Below are positions 57,667 through 64,000 of a stretch of DNA of 64,000 nucleotides, piece by piece. The position numbers and the translations under genes were made by a program. Below the pieces are notes generated by a model. It made no database searches, had not been told where the DNA came from, and saw nothing but the letters and a program-made list of their open reading frames with translations. Position 1 is the first letter of the stretch; every line of letters starts with the position of its first letter. Source of the DNA: Octopus vulgaris. Lineage: Eukaryota. The stretch covers positions 27,962,001 to 28,026,000 of the forward strand of contig OX597814.1 of the NCBI GenBank assembly GCA_951406725.2. Direction: 5' to 3'.

Positions 57667-57714
57667 GAAAAAACAAGTCAAAAATAGAAAATGCTAAAAT
57701 AATTTTATAGTGAA

Positions 57715-57762
57715 CATTTCTGTACCGGTTTCGGTCATTTTGAGACCTTTTCAACTGTAACG
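57715..57762 (-). ncRNA. Penelope-associated minimal hammerhead, U3-A8 variant
   Basis: Minus strand: CGTTACAG TTGAAAA GGTC tcaaaat GACC GAAA CCGG TA CAGAAATG; palindromic ACCGGT; stem I 6/8 paired. Confidence 0.65.
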
Positions 57763-58555
57763 ATTAAATAATTAAATTTAGAAAAATTAGAAGAAAAGTT
57801 TTTTTAAAGGAATATTTCTATAGTAGTGTTCAGATATAAGTAGCATTCTGCCTTTCTCTGACTCCCTTGTTTGCACTTGTGTGTTGGAGGTCGTTGTGAG
57901 TTCTTGGTAGGGTAGTAGAGGAAGAAGGCTGATGAGGAAAGGGGTGGGAGAATCTGGGAGTGCCCTGATGGTCGTATTTTGAATGGTCAGTGGCGGCTGG
58001 CAGTCGCAGTTCAATTCAGGAGAATATTTCTATTGAAAGGCTTGTTTATAGAAGTTGCGTAGGTGTTATACTAAAAAACCTTAGTGACAAAGTTAAGGAG
58101 TAGAAGGTGGAGAAGAAGAAGAAGAAGAAGAAGAAGAAGAAGAAGAAGAAGAAGAAGAAGAAGAAGAAGAAGAAGAAGACGATGTTGATGATGATGATGA
58201 TGAAGAAGAAGAAGAAGAAGAAGAAGAAGAAGAAGAAGAAGAAGAAGAAGAAGAAGAAGAAGAAGAAGAAGAAGAAGAAGAAGAAGAAGGAGAAGGAGAA
58301 GATGACGATGATGGTGATGGTGGTGATGGTTATGACGACGATGATGATGATAATGATGATGATGAAGAAGAAGAGGAAGAAGAAGAAAAAAACAGAGAAG
58401 GGAGAATATGAATGGGTTAAAGTAGTGAGGTGTTGTATGACTTGAGGTTGGCATGTTGTGGATTATAGCTGTGATTTTAGCTGTGATTAGTAATGGATTC
58501 TTTGGAATGTAATATTTGTGTGTGAATATTTCTTTTATTCTAAAGTTGAGGTATA

Positions 58556-60259
58556 TTAATTGTTTGTCGTAGACCCGTTAAGAAGTGGCCTGTATTTTGC
58601 AATAAAGAGAGTTTCTTTACTTATTCGTTGTCTCGAGGTTGTATCGTCCCTAAATTGGTAGAGGGGGAAAATCCTGAAGCTTGGTGTTTTTTTGTTGGCG
58701 CAAGTATCTATGTGTTGGCTAAAAGCTATTTTTCTGTTTTGGGGAATTTTTATCTGGGATCTGTGCAGGGCCATTCGTTTACGCAAACTATTTTTTGTTT
58801 GGCCTATGTACTGCTCTTGACACCCGGAGCAGGTTAGTGAGTATATTAGGTTCTCCGAAGCACATGTGAAGTTGCTTTTCACTGTAAACCGTTGTCCCTG
58901 TTTGAAGGAGAACTCTGATCCCTCAATTAGATAGTCGCATATCCCGCAATTGGGTCTTCCACATTTTTTTACTGTCGGCTTCTGTGTTGAAGAGTGAATT
59001 CGGGCTTGTGTTAGGAGACTTTTCATGGATTTAGGCTGTCTCTTGCTTTTTATGATCGTGTGTGTTTGGAGGATTGTGTTCATTCTGTGGTCTTTTTTTA
59101 GGAGGGGTATGTTGTGGAGGATGGTGCCGAAGGCTTCGTTATTGAGAGGGTTGTGTGTGGAGATGTATGGATGGTAAGGCTTTTGGTTGTAAGTTTTTCT
59201 TTGATTTGGGATGTCTCAGTTCCTTGATGTTAAGTTGAAGGGCACGTTGAATGCACTTGTCAATAAGTGAAGGTGGATAGTTCCTGGTGATAAGGGTATC
59301 TTTTAGTTCTTGTAGTCGTGTGTCTCTGGTGTTTGCGTTCGAGACTATAGTGCATATCCTTTTTGCTAGGTTGAAGGGGATATTCATCCTGGTGTGTCTG
59401 GGGTGGCATGAATTGAATGGAAGATATTGCTTAGAGTCTGTGGGCTTATAATATATGTCTGTTTCTATTATATTATTAGCTTTCTTAATGAGGATATCGA
59501 GGAAGGGGAGTTGTTGCTGGCTATATTCCATCGTGAATTGGATGTTTACGTCCAGTCCGTTTAAAATTTCCTGGAATTCTATGAGTTTTTCTATATTTTT
59601 ATGCCAAAGGATGAAACAGTCATCTAGATATCTCTTCCAGTTGTTTTCTATGTAGATGGAGAAAGGGCTGCCATATCTTTCTAGAACCTTACGATACAGA
59701 CTGATCTCTAGATATCCTATGACTAGGTTGGCAAAGGAGGGGGCCATTCGTGTACCCATCGCAGTCCCCGATTTTTGTCGGTAGAAGTTGTCATTGAAGG
59801 CGAAGAAGTTATTTTCCAGGATGAATATAACCCCTTCTATCACGAATTCTTTTTTGATGCGATGTGGTAGTTCGTTGGCGTGATTTTCTAGCCAGAATTG
59901 GATTGCCTCTAGTCCTAGGTTGTGGGGGATATTGGAGTAGAGGTTGACTACATCGAAGGATACCAGTATGGTGTTTTTGTTTATAGTATTCGGTAGGTGA
60001 TTGAGCATATCTAAGTCGTCCCTTATATAGCTTTTGACATGTTTTAGGAGTGGTTTTAACAGGGTGTCTAAAAAGTTACTGAGGCGGTGGGTTTCGCATG
60101 CGGGACCTGCTATTATGGGTCTCAATTTGAGGTCATTAGGATTAGGGACTTTAATTATTTTGTCTGTAGCTATCTTGCATGCGTTGCTTATTTTCTCACT
60201 TTTGTGGATCTTAGGTATACCGTAGAATTGGCTGGTTTTGCTTGTGAAATTGGTCATAT
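58556..60259 (-). pseudogene. Penelope RT-GIY-YIG ORF with a single frameshift
   Basis: FYGIPKIHK, LRPIIAG, SFDVVNLYSNIP, GTAMGT, RYLDD, FLDI, then CGRPNCGIC and NLIYSLTCSGCQEQYIGQT; ATGG duplication at 59167-59174. Confidence 0.92.
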
Positions 60260-60264
60260 AATCA

Positions 60265-60423
60265 TATATATATACTTCGGGCTTCATTTCAGTTTTCGTC
60301 TACCAAATCCACTCACAAGGCTTTGGTCGGCCCGAGGCTATAGTAGAAGACACTTGCCTAAGGTGCCACGCAGTGGGACTGAACTCGGAACTATGTGGTT
60401 CGTAAGCAAGCTGCTTATCACAC
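60265..60423 (-). mobile_element. SINE family A 5' half
   Basis: Reverse complement of the family A head and core. Confidence 0.87.
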
Positions 60424-60556
60424 CTTTGATCCTGTTGTCACCGGGACATGTCATGTCAATTATCATACATGTTCGTTCTTTTTTATTCACCACAACAATG
60501 TCCGGTTTCCGATCTCTGGTTGGGTGATCGCATTGGTTCATTGCATCCCACCTGAG
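60424..60556 (-). mobile_element. Dong/R4-like endonuclease fragment
   Basis: WDAMNQCDHPTRDRKPDIVVVNKKERTCMIIDMTCPGDNRIK. Confidence 0.85.
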
Positions 60557-61408
60557 CTTTGTAGTGTTAATAGTTATTGGGGTCTGAAGTAGATTTTGTA
60601 TCGGGCGATGGAGGTCAGTCTTCGTGATGCAGTATTTGCTATGCTGACTATTTACGTCTGCCAAACGAGGTCTTCAGGGATGGTGAAATTAGTATTTGTA
60701 GCGACTTCAGAAGAGCTGGGTACCATAATGTGTTTTGTTTTGAAATGTTTTGTGGTTGTGCCATTGTACTTTTGAAGGTAAACAGGATTGACATAACCCA
60801 AACGGAAGTTGTTTTCGTTAGAGTTTGTGTATGTATCATTCTTAGGTGCGGAAAGATGAGGAGAAATGAAAGATAGTATTACCTGCAAATACGAGGACGT
60901 TATCGGTGGTGACGGCAAGTATGACGTAGGTGCGTAGAAGAAACAAAACATGGGGGGCAAAACCGAAGTATTGAGTAACACCAGAGTCGACAGTATGTAG
61001 ATGAAAGAGAGAAAGAGCGGGGAGGAAGGAGGGAGAGAGGACAATAAGGAGGGAGAGGAAGAGATCTACCGGTATAGAGCTGCGATGTGATCTTTGTTGA
61101 GATAACACTAAGTAGTTGACCATTCTGTTTCCGGTTTTACACTCCCATCTAGCCCCTTCGATGTATTTTCCGGAGATTTTTAGTTTCAGTTATAGAGGAT
61201 AGTTTTCTGGATAACTTTCTTCCTTTCTCTTAATAATCTCGGAGACCCCAAGAAAGGCTGAGGTACTGCCCTGTTTATAAAATCTTGTAAATAAATAAAT
61301 TAAAAATTTGTCCTGGTACTATCTTCAGGAGTGGGAATTATAGAGTGAATTTTAGGGCTTATAAATCTAATATTTTCCTATCCTTCCTTCATACCGAAAT
61401 TTCCCCAA

Positions 61409-61454
61409 GATACCTGATGAAGTCTGGAGAGTTTATCAGCCGAAACGTTGTGTT
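61409..61454 (+). ncRNA. Minimal type-I hammerhead ribozyme motif
   Basis: GATAC CTGATGA a GTCTG gagagtttat CAGCC GAAA CG TT GTGTT; stem I 5 bp with two G-U, palindromic ACGT. Confidence 0.65.
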
Positions 61455-61934
61455 AACAACAAACAAGATGAGGACAAATATCCGTCAAATGTAAATAATG
61501 TTGATTGCTAGATGTTTAAGTTTATGGAAGATTTATGGTCTGATGATCACAACATAAAAAGAAGGCACACTCACAATAACTTACAAACAAATGCACAAGT
61601 GCATTTACTACAACAAACACTACTGATTTTTGGTCTGTGTTTTGGGAGAACCAACCTAAAACAGGGTGCCACAATGTCAGGTTCGATTTCTTCCTTAGGT
61701 AGACCCAAACCAGTATATTTTGGCTGAGAAATTGTACGCGGTTCCTTAAATTTCCCAAGAAAATAATTAGAATAGGACAATAATTTTCGTGAGAAATGTA
61801 ATTTCTTAAGAAAATATAATTTAGCTTCAACATGAATCGAAATCTTGTTGTGGACCTTGGCTCGTAATTTCTAACTTTGAAAGCCCCTAAATTTGAATGC
61901 TTCATATTTTGCCGGGTTTACCCCACATTTCATA

Positions 61935-62170
61935 TACCTATTTCTTTACTACCCACAAGGGGCTAAACACAGAGAGGACAAACAAGGACAGACAAACGGA
62001 TTAAGTCGATTATATCGACCCCAGTGCGTAACTGGTACTTAATTTATCGACCCCGAAAGGATGAAAGGCAAAGTCGACCTCGGTGGAATTTGAACTCAGA
62101 ACGTAACGGCAGGCGAAATACGGCTACGCATTTCGCCCGGTGTGCTAACGTTTCTGCCAGCTCGCCGCCT
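61935..62170 (-). mobile_element. SINE family B monomer
   Basis: Head plus one unit; imperfect 21-bp flanking repeat TTTACYCCAYATTTCWTATAC. Confidence 0.88.
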
Positions 62171-63805
62171 TTTTACTCCATATTTCTTATACATCCGTAT
62201 GACTAAACTGGTTTAAATAAAGGTGGGTAAATATTTACATCTTTAAAGGGTTTACTTTCTTGCGATACTTTATTAAATGGTTATGAATGAAGGCTTTTGT
62301 TTTTAAGGATTCCCAGATTTAACACTATTACTTGACCTTTAAGGTGACTTGTGCAAAGACCATTCTCTTGCAAGTACTTGTGCCAACAATCTCAGGATAA
62401 CTTCTCTTCTGCCTCACTTCCACACACAGATCTTGGAAGCCTTTAAAAAAATCATGGGCGCGGTTTTTTTTCCTCTGACTAAACCATGAAAAGAAGAAAG
62501 AAAAAAAAAATGAACGCAAATGTTTATTCCCAGTTCAGAGGCTTGAGGGTACGGTTTGTGTTTGTCATTCTGTTATTCCTGTATTCTGTTCACTGCTTAA
62601 GAAGTTGTATTTAACGAGCAACAGTTGGCCGTTTTATATAAAGTCAATCAAATATTTACACTTTAATGAGCTTTCACTGCCTTAACTGCTAAAAGGATTA
62701 ACACAAAATGTTTCCATATCATCTCTTTAGTCCGTTGTTGTTGTTTTTTTTCTCTTTGTGAAGAAAAAAAGCAATAAAATAAAACGATTCTTAATATTAT
62801 GAGATTTAACATATTTATTTATTATTAAAGAGGTGTATGGTTTTGACAGCAATTATTTACATAATATTTTCTGAAACCAAGCATGTATTTAAATATTTGT
62901 ATCTGTCTGTGAATGTATTAGGTATATTTATGTCTACACGATTGTACGTCTTTGTTCCCGCGTGTATATGTGTATCTGACTGTGGGTCTGTAGAGCTGGG
63001 ACCAGTTTGTATTCGTGTCTGTGTGAATATTTATTTTCAGACTCAATGCAAACACATAAATATTTATCCTCTTGACAACTGATACAATTAGGTAGAAAAT
63101 CTTAAGCAGATTTCAGAAGCGAGTCGACCTTGTAAGGAATGTATGAGTCTATCGTCTACTAACTGTCTTACACTCCTTCTACCTTCATCTCTTTCTTTCT
63201 TTCTTTCTTTCTTTCTATGTTTTCCCTCCTTTTTTCTCACTGGCTTTCGTCCTCTCCCTCTTTTTCTCTCTCAATATCTTCTCATTTTCTTTCTTCTTTC
63301 CTTGTTCCATGTTCACTCATACAAAACTTTCCCCCATAACCCATTTTCTTCTTTTTGTACTTTTTATCCTTCTTTGCCCTCTTTTCTTCCTCTTTTTGAC
63401 CTTATCTAATCCCTCACTCTTTCAATTTCTCTTACTCTCCTCCCACCACTTCTTTCACTATTACCACTCCCCCAACACCGCCCAAACCATTTCTCCAACC
63501 TGTCCTTCTTTTCTTTCCTCACCACCTTTCTCTATTCTTATTCTTTCCTTTTTCCTTTCTCTTCCCTCTCATTCTCTCTCTCTGTCCTTTTACATTTCCC
63601 TCTCCACTTTCAGCCAACCAGCCATTTTTGTCTGCTACTTTGCCAGCCAAGCTTAACTGCGAAGCAGGTTCAGACACGCCGCTGTTAGGTAAGTGGTTGG
63701 TCTGGATGCACACAGTTGTTTTATATATACACGTACATACATACATACATACATACATACATACATAAACACATACATACATACATACATACATACATAC
63801 ATACA

Positions 63806-63874
<69 letters not shown>

Positions 63875-64000
63875 TTATTTATGTGTGTGTGTTTATATAT
63901 ATATATAATATATATATATATATACATATAAATGTATATATATATATATATACATTTATATATATATATATATACATTTATATATATATACATATATATA

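Larger units (their letters stand above)
57666..60264 (-). mobile_element. Penelope-like element, Neptune type, 5'-truncated
   Basis: RT, Cys-rich linker and GIY-YIG, about 0.9-kb 3' region ending with a hammerhead; (TA)n on both sides. Confidence 0.93.

Noticed and set aside
62341-62441. Possible minus-strand exon (TTTTTTTAAAG acceptor, one open frame)
   Set aside because: Weak donor (GTCAAG), unrecognised peptide and no partner exons; would need RNA-seq.

Overview
AT-rich, extremely repeat-dense eukaryotic DNA. I recognise no host protein-coding exon; nearly all ORFs in the track are microsatellite or SINE read-throughs. The SINE families and the prominence of Dong/R4 LINEs suggest a cephalopod, probably Octopus (from recall, not a database search). 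Contents: (i) many copies of at least four tRNA-derived SINE families, several with clear TSDs; (ii) Dong/R4-clade LINE fragments always sitting in (TAA)n, with four co-oriented inserts stacked at 52.4-57.3 kb; (iii) a near-intact, 5'-truncated Neptune-type Penelope-like element (RT + GIY-YIG) nested in a SINE, itself nested in a Dong fragment; (iv) CR1 3' ends, Tc1, mariner, maT, hAT-type MITE and Helitron relics; (v) a local duplication array at about 32.4-41.7 kb. The most interesting signal not in the ORF track is about a dozen minimal type-I hammerhead ribozyme motifs, about half well formed and the rest degenerate. They have palindromic, dimer-type stem III and include canonical and variant cores. 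Many lie 40-160 nt upstream of (TA)n tracts in short non-coding, sometimes inverted-repeat inserts, resembling non-autonomous Penelope/retrozyme-like elements that use (TA)n, including the tract inside one SINE family, as a landing pad. Coordinates were read by eye and may be off by a few bases.
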